DNA from: Candidatus Poribacteria bacterium
Lineage (GTDB): Bacteria > Poribacteria > WGA-4E > WGA-3G
Length of the DNA: 64,000 nucleotides
Assembly: GCA_965242965.1 (NCBI GenBank)
Contig: OZ251518.1
Coordinates: 480,001 to 544,000 of the forward strand
Reading direction: 5' to 3'
The translations under genes and the position numbers were made by a program. A model generated the notes under the pieces. The model worked only from the letters and a program-made list of their open reading frames with translations, did not search any database and was not told the DNA's origin. Shown here piece by piece: positions 21,075 through 31,490 of the stretch. Each line of letters starts with the position of its first letter. The stretch's first letter is position 1.

Positions 21075-22991
21075 ATGTCAAGAGAACTTATTGTTGTCTT
21101 GTTAATCTCTCCCCTAGTCGGGTTTCTGATTAACGGACTGTTTGGCAAATTCTTAAAGGGTAACGAAAAGTTGAGCGGGGGGATAGGCGCGCTGGCGGTG
21201 CTGGTTTCGTTTGTCTGTGCCATCGTCGCGTTTGCGGGTGTGCAAGGCGGCGCGGTGCTGGAAGGCGATGCAGGCGTGCTTTACGAGTGGATTGCAGGCG
21301 AAGGGTTTACTTTCAACATCGGCTTCCACGTTGACGCGCTGACTACCGTGATGCTGCTCGTTATCACCGGCGTTGGATTCCTTATCCACGTCTATTCAAT
21401 CGGCTACATGCACGGCGATGCGGGGTATACGCGCTATTTTGCGTATCTCAACCTGTTCGTGTTTGCGATGCTGGTGCTGGTGCTGGGCAACAACTACCTG
21501 ATGATGTTCGTTGGGTGGGAAGGTGTAGGGCTCTGCTCCTACCTGCTTATTGGGTTCTGGTATGAGAAACAATCGGCGACAGATGCTGGGAAGAAGGCGT
21601 TCATAGTCAACCGCATCGGTGATTTCGGGTTTCTGCTCGGCATTTTTACGCTGTTCGCCGCATTCAGCAGTTTGGATTTCGCGTCAATCTTTGATGCTGC
21701 GGAAGCCGATAACTTTCAGAAGGTTTTCGGGGCAAGCACGCTAGGTATCGCGACGCTGCTGCTCTTCGTCGGTGCAGTCGGCAAATCGGCACAGATTCCG
21801 CTCTACGTCTGGCTACCGGATGCAATGGAAGGTCCGACACCTGTCAGTGCCTTAATCCACGCCGCTACGATGGTGACAGCGGGTGTCTATATGATTGCGC
21901 GTTCCGCTGTGCTTTATGAACTCGCGCATACCGGACAGGTTGTCGCGTGGATTGGCGTGTTAACGGCGTTTTTCGCCGCGACTATTGCGATAACACAGAA
22001 CGACATCAAGCGCATTCTCGCCTATTCCACTGTGAGCCAACTCGGTTATATGTTCGTCGGTGTCGGTGTCGGCGCGTATGCCTCCGGCATTTTCCATTTG
22101 ATGACGCATGCCTTCTTCAAAGGGCTTATGTTCCTCGCTGCGGGCAGTGTGATGCACGCGATGGCGAATGAATTGGATATGCGGAAGATGGGCGGCTTGT
22201 GGAAGAAAATGCCGATAACGCATTGGACGTTCCTCATCGGCGCGCTTGCGATTGCAGGTTGTCCGTTCCTCAGCGGCTTCTGGAGCAAAGACGAGATTTT
22301 GCACAGCGCGTGGGGCAGCAATCCCGCGATTTACGTCATCGGCATGATTACGGCGTTTTTGACAGCGTTCTACATGTTCCGGCTCATTGTCGTCACCTTT
22401 TATGGGCAGTCGCGGGTGGAGTCAGATGTGGCATCGCATCTGCATGAATCGCCGCCGGTGATGTGGGTGCCGCTGGCGATTCTCGCTATTCCTTCGGCAA
22501 TAATCGGGCTGCTCCTCGGGTGGGGTGGACACCACAGCGCGTTTCACCATTTCACGGACAATGTCTTTAAGGCTGCGAAGGAAATCGGGCACGGAGGACA
22601 CGGCGAAGTTGTTGGCAGCGCGCTACCGTTTCTGATAATTTCGGGCATCGTCGGGGCGGTGGGAATTGGAGCCGCGTGGATGCGATACAGCAAGCGGACT
22701 CCGTCAGAGCAACCCGGAACGGCTCTTCACAAATTGGTAGCGAACAAATACTACATCGACGAGATTTACAACGCTGTCTTCGTGCAGCCGATTAAAAACG
22801 TTTCGCACTATCTGTTGTGGCGCGTCGTGGATACCGGCATTATTGACGGCATTGTTAACGGTGTCGCCGGTGCTATCCGCATCATCGGCGGAACGTTGCG
22901 GCGGCTCCAGACCGGGGTAGTTCAGGCATATATCGTGTCAATGGTTGTAGGCATCGTTATATTCCTTGCCTATTATCTGTTCATGCTATAA
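21075..22991 (+). CDS. nuoL: NADH-quinone oxidoreductase subunit L
   Basis: GWEGVGLCSYLLIGFW, NRIGDFG, KSAQIPLYVWLPDAMEGPTPVSALIHAATMV, HAFFK. Confidence 0.97.
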   Translation: MSRELIVVLLISPLVGFLINGLFGKFLKGNEKLSGGIGALAVLVSFVCAIVAFAGVQGGAVLEGDAGVLYEWIAGEGFTFNIGFHVDALTTVMLLVITGVGFLIHVYSIGYMHGDAGYTRYFAYLNLFVFAMLVLVLGNNYLMMFVGWEGVGLCSYLLIGFWYEKQSATDAGKKAFIVNRIGDFGFLLGIFTLFAAFSSLDFASIFDAAEADNFQKVFGASTLGIATLLLFVGAVGKSAQIPLYVWLPDAMEGPTPVSALIHAATMVTAGVYMIARSAVLYELAHTGQVVAWIGVLTAFFAATIAITQNDIKRILAYSTVSQLGYMFVGVGVGAYASGIFHLMTHAFFKGLMFLAAGSVMHAMANELDMRKMGGLWKKMPITHWTFLIGALAIAGCPFLSGFWSKDEILHSAWGSNPAIYVIGMITAFLTAFYMFRLIVVTFYGQSRVESDVASHLHESPPVMWVPLAILAIPSAIIGLLLGWGGHHSAFHHFTDNVFKAAKEIGHGGHGEVVGSALPFLIISGIVGAVGIGAAWMRYSKRTPSEQPGTALHKLVANKYYIDEIYNAVFVQPIKNVSHYLLWRVVDTGIIDGIVNGVAGAIRIIGGTLRRLQTGVVQAYIVSMVVGIVIFLAYYLFML

Positions 22992-23142
22992 TCAACAGCC
23001 CGTTCCTAACGGCACTGTTAAGTTATAGGGCTACACAGAACAAGCTCTTTAGTGACGGTTTGCAACCGCGGCGGTTGCAAACCGCGCTTACCGGTGGAGA
23101 GTTATAGGCATTTGCTTCCGTCCTGTTAATTAGGAGGTTTCA

Positions 23143-24744
23143 TTGTTACTTTCAACAGTCATTTTTTTACCAATCCTCGGTGTTATCGCGATTGCGCTGC
23201 TCAGAGGCATGGGAGCATCCGTTGTCAAAGGCATCGCGCTTGCGGTTGCCCTGCTGACGTTCCTGATTTCGTTGGGGATTTACACGGGATTTGATGCGAA
23301 TTCCGCCGCGATGCAATTTTCGGAAGACAGGGAATGGATTTCAGGGTTAGGCTCGCGTTATCACGTCGGTATTGACGGTATCTCACTGTGGCTGGTACTG
23401 CTGACGACGTTCCTGACACCGGTGTGTATTCTCGCGGCGTGGAATTCCGTGGAGAAGGGGCTCAGCGGCTTCATGATGTCATTGCTGGCTCTTGAAACGG
23501 GGATGCTCGGCGTGTTTTGCGCTATGGACTTGTTCCTGTTCTTCGTGTTTTGGGAGTCGATGCTGATTCCGATGTATTTTCTTATCGGCATCTGGGGTGG
23601 CGAACGGCGCATTTACGCGACTATCAAGTTTGTCCTCTATACGATGGGGGGCAGCGCGCTAATGCTGGTAGGCATTTTGGCACTTTACTTCCAGAACGGC
23701 GACGATGGGTTCGCGCTGCTGCCGTTGTATGAGAAAGCGGGGGGATTCACGCACGCGAATCTCTTGTTCCTCGCATTTTTCATTGCGTTTGCGATTAAAG
23801 TGCCGCTGTTTCCGTTCCACACGTGGCTGCCAGACGCGCACGTTGAGGCACCGACAGTCGGCAGTGTCATCCTTGCCGGTGTGTTGCTGAAGATGGGCAC
23901 TTACGGGATTGTGCGTTTCTGTTTACCACTCTTCCCGGATGCGGCGGCGACGTATACCCCGCTAATCGTAACGCTCGCAGTCATCGGCATCATCTACGGC
24001 GCGTTAGTGGCGATGGTTCAACCAGACCTGAAGAAATTGGTTGCATATTCAAGTGTGAGCCACCTCGGCTTTGTCGTGTTGGGACTTTTCACACAGCACC
24101 ATGCAGGTATCCAAGGCGGCGTGCTGCAAATGATTAATCACGGGCTGAGTACGGGCGCGCTCTTCCTCCTCGTCGGAATGATTTATGAACGCCGACACAG
24201 CCGCATGATTGTCGATTTCGGTGGGGTGGCCAAGTCGATGCCTATCTTCGCCACGGTTTTTATGATTACCACGTTATCCTCTATCGGGTTGCCCGGATTG
24301 AACGGTTTCGTTGGAGAATTTATGATTCTGCTCGGCAGTTTCCACGGTGGCGCGTTCTCGAAAATTTACGTGGTGCTTGCCGCAACCGGTGTGATTCTAG
24401 CGGCGGTGTATATGCTGTGGATGTTCCAACGCGTGATGTTCGGCACGCCGGATAAGACGAACGCGGCTCTTCCGGATTTGAACGCGCGTGAGTTGGCAGT
24501 GCTGCTCCCGGTGCTGCTGTTCATCGTCTGGATAGGCGTGTATCCGAAGCCGTTCTTGAATCCGATGGAGAAGTCGGTGGACGTTGTCGTAACGAAGGTG
24601 CGGCAGCAAACGGCACCCGTGATGGGACACACCGATTTTTTTGATGGCATCGAAAACGAGCCGCAGCGCGTTGTTAAACAACCAATGATTTCATCAAACG
24701 CCTTACGAAAAACGAAAAATCAGAAGGAGGCAGCAACAAAATAA
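23143..24744 (+). CDS. nuoM: NADH-quinone oxidoreductase subunit M
   Basis: FWESMLIPMY, KVPLFPFHTWLPDAHVEAPT, LLKMGTYG, GLPGLNGFVGEF; TTG start after ggagg. Confidence 0.96.
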   Translation: MLLSTVIFLPILGVIAIALLRGMGASVVKGIALAVALLTFLISLGIYTGFDANSAAMQFSEDREWISGLGSRYHVGIDGISLWLVLLTTFLTPVCILAAWNSVEKGLSGFMMSLLALETGMLGVFCAMDLFLFFVFWESMLIPMYFLIGIWGGERRIYATIKFVLYTMGGSALMLVGILALYFQNGDDGFALLPLYEKAGGFTHANLLFLAFFIAFAIKVPLFPFHTWLPDAHVEAPTVGSVILAGVLLKMGTYGIVRFCLPLFPDAAATYTPLIVTLAVIGIIYGALVAMVQPDLKKLVAYSSVSHLGFVVLGLFTQHHAGIQGGVLQMINHGLSTGALFLLVGMIYERRHSRMIVDFGGVAKSMPIFATVFMITTLSSIGLPGLNGFVGEFMILLGSFHGGAFSKIYVVLAATGVILAAVYMLWMFQRVMFGTPDKTNAALPDLNARELAVLLPVLLFIVWIGVYPKPFLNPMEKSVDVVVTKVRQQTAPVMGHTDFFDGIENEPQRVVKQPMISSNALRKTKNQKEAATK

Positions 24745-26340
24745 ATGAAAATAGGTTCTATTTCCCTTGCGTTCTTACCACTTTGTATCCTTTTAGTCCT
24801 TGTCGGCTCCGTGGGCCTCGCATTTGCTGCGGATGACGTGCACGGCGAACACCATGGCGGTGTGTCCGGCGAGAAACTTCCTATCTGGAGTGTCATCCCG
24901 TTCGTCGGCATTTTGCTCTCTATTGCGATTATTCCGGTAGTGGGAGATTCGCATTTCCTTCATCACCACGGCGGGAAGATGGCGGCGGCTTGGGCATTAG
25001 TCTTCGCTATTCCGTATCTCATCGCGTTCCGCGGCGACGCGTTTTACGACATTCTGCACATTTACCTGATAGACTACATTCCGTTTATCGTGCTGTTGTG
25101 GGGCCTGTTTACGGTTGCGGGCGGCGTTCTGGTGCGCGGCACCTTGCGCGGCACCCCGATAGTGAACACGCTTTTGCTCCTCATCGGCACCGCCATCGCC
25201 TCGTGGGTAGGGACGACAGGTGCATCGATGCTCCTCATTCGTCCGTTGATTCGTGCGAACGCGTATCGAAAAAACAAGGTGCATCTGATTGTCTTCTTCA
25301 TCTTCCTAGTAAGCAATATTGGGGGTTCTTTGACACCACTCGGAGATCCGCCGCTGTTTTTGGGGTTTCTGCACGGCGTTCCGTTTTTCTGGACGACTAC
25401 CGCGCTGTTCCCACACATGCTGTTTATCAGTATCATCTTAATCGTGCTTTTCTTCGCGCTGGACACCTTCATGTTTAAACGCGAAGGCGGTGAGGTGCCT
25501 GATGACGGCACCAGCGAACCGATTCGAGTAGAGGGGCTGTTTAACCTCATTTTCCTCGTCGGCATCGTCGCCGCTGTCTTGATGAGCGGCACGTTGAAGT
25601 TGGGCGAAGTGAACATTCTCGGCGTGCATGTCGCATGGCAGAACATCCTCCGAGACGTGACTATTGCGATTATGGGCTTCTTGTCACTCCGGTTTACGCC
25701 ATTTAGTGGCGAATTGCGTCAAGCCAACGAGTTTTCATGGGCACCGATTGAAGAAGTGGCGAAGGTGTTCGCCGGTATCTTTATGACAATTATCCCCGCG
25801 CTGGCGATTTTGAAGGCGGGCGAAAGCGGCGCGTTGAGCGCGTTAAACCGAGCGATTCAAGAATCATCGCACTACTTTTGGATAACCGGTATCCTGTCCA
25901 GTTTCTTGGACAACGCGCCGACGTATTTGACGTTCTATAACACTGCCCTTGGCAAACTGCATCTCACCGAAGACTTGGTGCCGCAAATTCTTACAGGACA
26001 GTTAGTGGAATCGCAGCACTTGGAGTTTGTGAAACTGCTCACCGCTATCTCTGTCGGTGCCGTTTTCATGGGTGCGAATACCTACATCGGCAATGCGCCG
26101 AATTTCATGGTGAAGGCGATTGCGGAGGATAGCGGCATTCCTATGCCGAGTTTCTTCGGCTATACCATCTGGTCTGGGGGAATTTTAATGCCGCTGTTTT
26201 GGATTGTCGCGCGGCTATTTTTCGGCGATGGGCTCGGGCTCATTGATATTGTGGTGCCCCTGGTTGTCATGGCGGCGTTCGTGCTGCTCCTCTTCTTCTC
26301 ACCGCTGGCACGAAAACAGAGCGAAGGGAACGAATCGTAG
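24745..26340 (+). CDS. Putative Na+/H+ antiporter-like ion transporter (IT superfamily)
   Basis: About 13 hydrophobic segments; GTTGASMLLIRP, SNIGGSLTPLGDPPLFLGFL, SSFLDNAPTY, MGANTYIGNAPNFMVK. Confidence 0.8.
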   Translation: MKIGSISLAFLPLCILLVLVGSVGLAFAADDVHGEHHGGVSGEKLPIWSVIPFVGILLSIAIIPVVGDSHFLHHHGGKMAAAWALVFAIPYLIAFRGDAFYDILHIYLIDYIPFIVLLWGLFTVAGGVLVRGTLRGTPIVNTLLLLIGTAIASWVGTTGASMLLIRPLIRANAYRKNKVHLIVFFIFLVSNIGGSLTPLGDPPLFLGFLHGVPFFWTTTALFPHMLFISIILIVLFFALDTFMFKREGGEVPDDGTSEPIRVEGLFNLIFLVGIVAAVLMSGTLKLGEVNILGVHVAWQNILRDVTIAIMGFLSLRFTPFSGELRQANEFSWAPIEEVAKVFAGIFMTIIPALAILKAGESGALSALNRAIQESSHYFWITGILSSFLDNAPTYLTFYNTALGKLHLTEDLVPQILTGQLVESQHLEFVKLLTAISVGAVFMGANTYIGNAPNFMVKAIAEDSGIPMPSFFGYTIWSGGILMPLFWIVARLFFGDGLGLIDIVVPLVVMAAFVLLLFFSPLARKQSEGNES

Positions 26341-26518
26341 GGCGGATGTCTATGGGTTCCGCCCTACGCTATGAAGGCGGATGTTCTTTCACCTGCCTCT
26401 CATCAAAAACCGAGATATCGGCAACGTCAATAACGTCGATATCGGCACTATGCAGAGCGATGTTCATCAACGTATGAGCTTTCTCAAACGCTTTGCGTCA
26501 ATACGGAAATATGAAAAG

Positions 26519-27979
26519 ATGCCAATAGAAATACCAAATATAGACTGGCAACTGCTGATGCCGGAACTAGTCATCATTTCAACGTTGTTCCTCGTCCTTA
26601 TCTTCGACCTGTTTGACGCTATTTCAAAGCAGGTGCTTGGATGGGTGACACTTTTGGGTGCAGGGATTGCGCTATGGGTATCGGTAACGATGCGCATCGA
26701 AGCGACTTATGGCACCGTCTTTGGCGGGATGTTTTCGGTAAATGGGTTCTCCCTGTTCTTTAACATCATATTCCTCGTTTCAACCATCCTCGTGTCCCTG
26801 ATTTCGCTTCAGTATCTGCGCGGTAACGGGGTAGATGGTGGAAGAGAGAGGAGCCAAGGGCCTTATTACCTGCTCATCTTGCTTGCGACGCTCGGCATGA
26901 TGCTAATGGCGGCGGGCAATGAACTCATCGTCGTGTTCCTCGGCTTGGAATTGATGTCGCTGTCGCTGTATGTGTTGGCGGGCTATTTCCGCGAACGCTC
27001 CGTTTCCAGTGAGGCGGGAATGAAATACCTGTTGCTCGGTGCATTCGCGAGCGCGTTCTTCCTCTACGGTATCGCGCTCCTCTACGGCGGCACCGGTACG
27101 ACGAGTCTTCCGGAAATTGCAACGGCTGTTGCGTCAGGGAGTCCATCGCCGTTGCTGCTCGCGGGGATGTTCCTGCTCATCGTTGGGTTCGGGTTTAAGG
27201 TCGCGATTGTGCCGTTCCATCAGTGGGCACCCGATGTTTACGATGGCGCGCCGACGACGATTGCGGCGTTCATTTCCGCGGGCCCGAAAGCGGCGGGATT
27301 TGCTGCCTTCCTACGGATTTTCACGGAAACACTGCAGAATTTGCACACGGAGTGGAGCGGCGTTGTCATCCTCTTGGCAATGTTGACGATGACAGGTGGG
27401 AATATTCTCGCGATTGCACAGACGAACATCAAGCGGATGCTCGCCTATTCAAGCATCGCGCACGCCGGTTACGTGCTGATAGGCGTAGCAGCGGCAAATC
27501 AGGAGGGTATCTCTAGTGCGATGCTTTATCTACTCGTTTATTGCATTATGAACATCGGCGCGTTCGCCGCTGTCATTTTAGCACAAACGTCAACGGGTGA
27601 ACGGTTGGCAATTTCGGAATACGCGGGGCTCGGATTTAGGAAGCCGCTGCTGGCCTTGTTCCTGACGGTGATGCTGTTATCGCTGGCAGGTTTTCCACCG
27701 ACAGCGGGGTTTGTCGGAAAATTCTACGTCTTCAAATCGGCGGTGCAGGCGGGACATTTCTGGCTTGTCGCCATCGGTGCCGTTAACACAGCAATCTCGG
27801 CATTTTACTATCTGCGGGTTGTCGTGACGATGTATATGCGTGAGCCGGCGGGAGAAGTGGATGTCTCTCCGTATCCACGGACGCTGATAGTGGGGCTTGT
27901 CCTCGCGGCGATTGGCGTGTTGCTGATTGGAATTTTGCCATCGTTGGTGTTCAATTCTGCGCGGAATTCGGTGCTGTGA
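26519..27979 (+). CDS. nuoN: NADH-quinone oxidoreductase subunit N
   Basis: GLELMSLSLY, SEAGMKY, FKVAIVPFHQWAPDVYDGAP, KRMLAYSSIAHAGY, YYLRVV; start placed at ATG 26519. Confidence 0.95.
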   Translation: MPIEIPNIDWQLLMPELVIISTLFLVLIFDLFDAISKQVLGWVTLLGAGIALWVSVTMRIEATYGTVFGGMFSVNGFSLFFNIIFLVSTILVSLISLQYLRGNGVDGGRERSQGPYYLLILLATLGMMLMAAGNELIVVFLGLELMSLSLYVLAGYFRERSVSSEAGMKYLLLGAFASAFFLYGIALLYGGTGTTSLPEIATAVASGSPSPLLLAGMFLLIVGFGFKVAIVPFHQWAPDVYDGAPTTIAAFISAGPKAAGFAAFLRIFTETLQNLHTEWSGVVILLAMLTMTGGNILAIAQTNIKRMLAYSSIAHAGYVLIGVAAANQEGISSAMLYLLVYCIMNIGAFAAVILAQTSTGERLAISEYAGLGFRKPLLALFLTVMLLSLAGFPPTAGFVGKFYVFKSAVQAGHFWLVAIGAVNTAISAFYYLRVVVTMYMREPAGEVDVSPYPRTLIVGLVLAAIGVLLIGILPSLVFNSARNSVL

Positions 27980-28098
27980 TTGTTGGGGGTTCTCCTACCG
28001 GAGTTAATCGAGACTAGGAGGGCTCTCCTACTGCCTTTCAAGATGGGAAAGACTCTTACCGGGGACAACTGAATCGCCTTGTCCTCATCACGCCGAGC

Positions 28099-28128
28099 TT
28101 GACAGTTGCTTCTTGAATAGGGTATCAT
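28099..28128 (+). promoter_or_regulatory. Sigma-70-type promoter
   Basis: TTGACA, 18 nt spacer, TATCAT upstream of the 28184 ORF. Confidence 0.55.
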
Positions 28129-28183
28129 ATACTACCAAATTCATTTGATTCGCCTTGCTCTTGCAGGTAGAAGGTATAGATTG

Positions 28184-28675
28184 ATGCAGAAAACTGAGCA
28201 TGATAACGACGAGGAACACTCTGTCCAAGATGCTGTGGAAGAGGGATACGCGGCTTTTCCGGGCGGTATTCCCAAAAGATGGTTAAATCCTGCGATTTAC
28301 CTCTTCCTCACATTCTTGGGGGTGTATGCCTTATGGGTTGGCAGTGGGGAGATTCTTGATGGCAGAAAAGCAGGCATCCATCTGCGGATAACGATGGGAG
28401 TCATCTGGTCACATCTCTCTGATTTCGCTTTCAACTTAACAATCGCCATGATTGGCGGTAGCAAAATATTGGAGCGTGTCATGTATTATTTACAGGCGAA
28501 GAAATTAGCGAAGCAGCTGGAACGGCGGGCTGAAGCGGCGGAACGGCTCGCGGCAGAGTATAAACAGCAGCTGGAACAGGCGCAACAGCACCTTGAGCAG
28601 GAACGACTGCGCGCCGATGCGGCTGAGAAGCGCGCCGATGCGGCAGAAGCAAAAAACGGCAGCGATTCGCAATAA
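28184..28675 (+). CDS. Hypothetical membrane protein with C-terminal coiled coil
   Basis: Two hydrophobic segments, then a RAEAAE/RADAAE heptad-like tail. Confidence 0.65.
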   Translation: MQKTEHDNDEEHSVQDAVEEGYAAFPGGIPKRWLNPAIYLFLTFLGVYALWVGSGEILDGRKAGIHLRITMGVIWSHLSDFAFNLTIAMIGGSKILERVMYYLQAKKLAKQLERRAEAAERLAAEYKQQLEQAQQHLEQERLRADAAEKRADAAEAKNGSDSQ

Positions 28676-28772
28676 ACGCGGCTCGCGTCTTTGTATCGCG
28701 GGGGACAGGCCCCCGCGAGTGTTGCTCGAAGGAGAGGGACAGGAGCCCCTCGCGCTACGGTATCGGCAGCCT

Positions 28773-29507
28773 CTAGCCGGATTCGTCCTTTTTCTTCGGG
28801 CGATACGCGGTCAGGTGCGGTGGAAGCGGCAGATATTTCCGTCCCTTTTTCCGCTCTTTTTCCGATTGTTCTGCCAAGTGCTCGTAGAGTTCATCGATAG
28901 TCTTGAACTCTTCGCTGATTTCCCGTTTGATGCGGTAGCATTCTTCAAGGACCGGGTCGGTGTAAGTCTCCGGGTCAAAGTCGGGAACCGGATACTTTTG
29001 ACGTATTTCTTTCACGACAAATTCCTCCATTAAGGTTGTCGGCGTGCAGATAATGACAGGCTGAAACCCAGCGGCTTCGCACACGCGGCGAATCTGCCGC
29101 AGTTGATTTTCATTCACGAGATGCTTGTGGTTCCACGAGGCAAGGTAGTCCACGCCATACACTGTGGCGATGGCGGTGTGTTCAGCGTCCGCTCCCGAGT
29201 TTTCTGGTATGGCTCGCGCCGCGACCAGCTGCCGCGCGAGCGCACGCGCCTGCGAGGACAGGGGCAAACTGTGTAGATGTGCTATCGCTGCCTCTCGTTT
29301 CATCGCTTGGAGCGTGTCACCTCTGCGGATTTCAACGAGGACTGAATCTGAAACCACAAGATCAAATTGATGCTGATAGTCGTTCAGAAAACGGCGGCTT
29401 TCTGCTTGCCATGCTGCTAATTTCGGGTTAGCACTTGGGTCCGCCACCGCGTAACTGATAACCGTCGGATCGAGATAGACCCGAGGGTTTTGCGCATAGG
29501 TTAACAT
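28773..29507 (-). CDS. PIN-domain protein with fused C-terminal partner-like domain
   Basis: VYLDPTVISY, DAEHTAIATVYGVDYLASWNHKHLVN, ICTPTTL; then about 80 extra aa containing DPVLEECYRIKREISEEF. Confidence 0.85.
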   Translation of the reverse strand: MLTYAQNPRVYLDPTVISYAVADPSANPKLAAWQAESRRFLNDYQHQFDLVVSDSVLVEIRRGDTLQAMKREAAIAHLHSLPLSSQARALARQLVAARAIPENSGADAEHTAIATVYGVDYLASWNHKHLVNENQLRQIRRVCEAAGFQPVIICTPTTLMEEFVVKEIRQKYPVPDFDPETYTDPVLEECYRIKREISEEFKTIDELYEHLAEQSEKERKKGRKYLPLPPHLTAYRPKKKDESG

Positions 29508-29513
29508 GCAACT

Positions 29514-29542
29514 ATTATACCACAAATTTCAACGAATGTCAA
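29514..29542 (-). promoter_or_regulatory. Consensus sigma-70 promoter, probably driving a leaderless mRNA
   Basis: Minus strand TTGACA (29542-37), 17 nt, TG-n-TATAAT (29519-14); ATG 7 nt downstream. Confidence 0.75.
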
Positions 29543-29725
29543 GAAAATATCATGTTAACCCCAGAATCGTTTAGTGCGCAGAACAACGGTTAAGACAGAT
29601 TGCTAGAGTTAGCAGATTTGGATTAATCGGGCGCAGTGCTTTACGGCGGTGCAGGCAGCGGCCATAGAAATCCATGCTTCCGGTCGCCCCGATTTGCGGA
29701 AATCGTAAAAATTTTGAAATTTTTT

Positions 29726-29754
29726 TTGCATTTTCTTAATTTTTGTGGTATAAT
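29726..29754 (+). promoter_or_regulatory. atp operon promoter
   Basis: TTGCAT, 17 nt, TG-n-TATAAT. Confidence 0.7.
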
Positions 29755-29832
29755 ATATAGCGTTGTCTAATGTAAAAGGTGCACGATTGCAAAGCGCGCC
29801 TACCGAGGTGTCTGCTTTGAGAGGGAATAGCC

Positions 29833-30126
29833 ATGTTTAAGCGTCGGATGAAACAGTTCAAGCACGAGAATATCGGCATGTTTGACCTTGCTTCGATTGG
29901 TTTGACGCTTGCTTTAGCGATTGGCATCGGCGCGTTCGGTGGCAAGTGGCTCGGGGGGAAATTAGGCAACGAAACGGTTGGATTGTTCATCGGTTTCGGG
30001 CTGGGCGTTGCGGCGGGATTCATGGAGATGTTCCGCGCCGTCGCCCGATGGAACCGACACCTGGAAGGGGAAGAGAAACAGCGGCGTGAGGCAAAACGTC
30101 GGGAACAGAAGGACCCGCCTCAATGA
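29833..30126 (+). CDS. AtpZ/AtpI-like small membrane protein (ATPase gene 1)
   Basis: SIGLTLALAIGIG..GGKWLG...GFGLGVAAGF; first gene of the atp operon. Confidence 0.8.
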   Translation: MFKRRMKQFKHENIGMFDLASIGLTLALAIGIGAFGGKWLGGKLGNETVGLFIGFGLGVAAGFMEMFRAVARWNRHLEGEEKQRREAKRREQKDPPQ

Positions 30127-30527
30127 GTTCTGCTTTTGAAGTGGATGACCGGTTTATCCGACACATCTATATTTTAAGCATCATTTTCACGGTGCTGATT
30201 GCCGGGCTACTTTTCTGGTTCAAACGGAGCGCGGTGCCGAGTTTTCTCATCGGCAGTGCTATCAGCCTGAGCATGCTCTGGTCCGTAGAGTTTGTCGTTC
30301 GCAGGCTTATCCGGCCCGGGAAATCGGCAAAGACGAAATACCTGCTCGGTGCAATCGCACTCGGTAAGTATGCGGTGCTTGGAGGCTGCCTCTACCTGCT
30401 CTTTAAAATGGAGTGGCGGAACGACTACGCGCTCGCTGGCGGGATTGCTTTAACGCAAGTTGCAATCATCTTTAAAGCGGTGGGGCTCATCGTGTCACAC
30501 CTCTCAAACGCGAAAAACGAAAAATGA
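30123..30527 (+). CDS. atpI: ATP synthase protein I
   Basis: Four hydrophobic segments, immediately before atpB. Confidence 0.7.
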   Translation: MSSAFEVDDRFIRHIYILSIIFTVLIAGLLFWFKRSAVPSFLIGSAISLSMLWSVEFVVRRLIRPGKSAKTKYLLGAIALGKYAVLGGCLYLLFKMEWRNDYALAGGIALTQVAIIFKAVGLIVSHLSNAKNEK

Positions 30528-31351
30528 TAAAACGATTGTGGATCTTTTTAACTTTCGGCATGAGCCTCGCAAGTTCCGGCTGGGCGGCGGAAGACGCGCA
30601 CCGTTCTTGGCTCAAGCCGCTTTCAGATGTGCTGCCGAATAATATCATTCCGGAACCAGGACGGTGGCATCAACCAGACCTGATTGCGAATACCTACTTC
30701 GCGGTCGTCCTGCTCACCGTGCTTTTTGTCTTCGCGACGCGCAACCTGAAACAACTGCCGGAAGGAAAAGGACAGACCTTGTTGGAGTTGTTTGTCGGTG
30801 GGATAATGGATTTCTTCGGGGGCATCCTCGGCGAACACGGCAGGAAGTATGTGCCGTTCGTTGGCTCCTACTTTATCTTTATTATCACGCTGAATTACTT
30901 GGGGTTGATTCCCGGTTTTCAGTCACCGACTGCCGATCTGAATACCACGCTCGCCCTCGGCATTTCAGCCGTGCTCGGCGTTCAAATCATCGCTATTAAG
31001 GAAAACGGACTCGGCGGTTATCTGAAGCACCTGCTCGGAGATCCGCCGTGGCTTGGGATTCTGATGTTTCCGCTAGAAGTGATTGCGCAGCTCTCACGGG
31101 CCGGTTCGCTTGCTATTCGGCTTTTCGGGAATATCTTCGGGGAAGAATCGGTTATTATTGAGCTCACTAAACTGGGACTCATCCTGACGATTGCCTCTAT
31201 CCCATTTTTACCCGTGCAAGTCCCAATGCTCTTCTTTGGGCTGTTCGGCGGTTTTCTACAAGCGTTCGTTTTCACGCTTTTAACCTCAATTTACATTGTG
31301 CTGTTTGTAGAGCACGACGCGGATGCACACGGTGCTGAAGCGCATCATTAA
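30524..31351 (+). CDS. atpB: ATP synthase F0 subunit a
   Basis: NYLGLIPG..SPTADLNTT, SLAIRLFGNIFGEE, LQAFVFTLLTSIYI. Confidence 0.95.
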   Translation: MIKRLWIFLTFGMSLASSGWAAEDAHRSWLKPLSDVLPNNIIPEPGRWHQPDLIANTYFAVVLLTVLFVFATRNLKQLPEGKGQTLLELFVGGIMDFFGGILGEHGRKYVPFVGSYFIFIITLNYLGLIPGFQSPTADLNTTLALGISAVLGVQIIAIKENGLGGYLKHLLGDPPWLGILMFPLEVIAQLSRAGSLAIRLFGNIFGEESVIIELTKLGLILTIASIPFLPVQVPMLFFGLFGGFLQAFVFTLLTSIYIVLFVEHDADAHGAEAHH

Positions 31352-31490
31352 TTTTGATATAGAACAGACGCAGATTTCCGCTTTCTAACTGTGTTGCGCT
31401 AGTAGGAGGGACCTCCTGGTCTCGATGCAATACCGTGTTGCGTCCGTTCCTATGATAAAAGAACCTGAAAGTTTAAGGAGGCTTTTGATA

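Noticed and set aside
26369-26497. Minus-strand 42-codon open frame between the antiporter and nuoN
   Set aside because: No RBS or recognisable homology; cannot be supported as a gene or remnant
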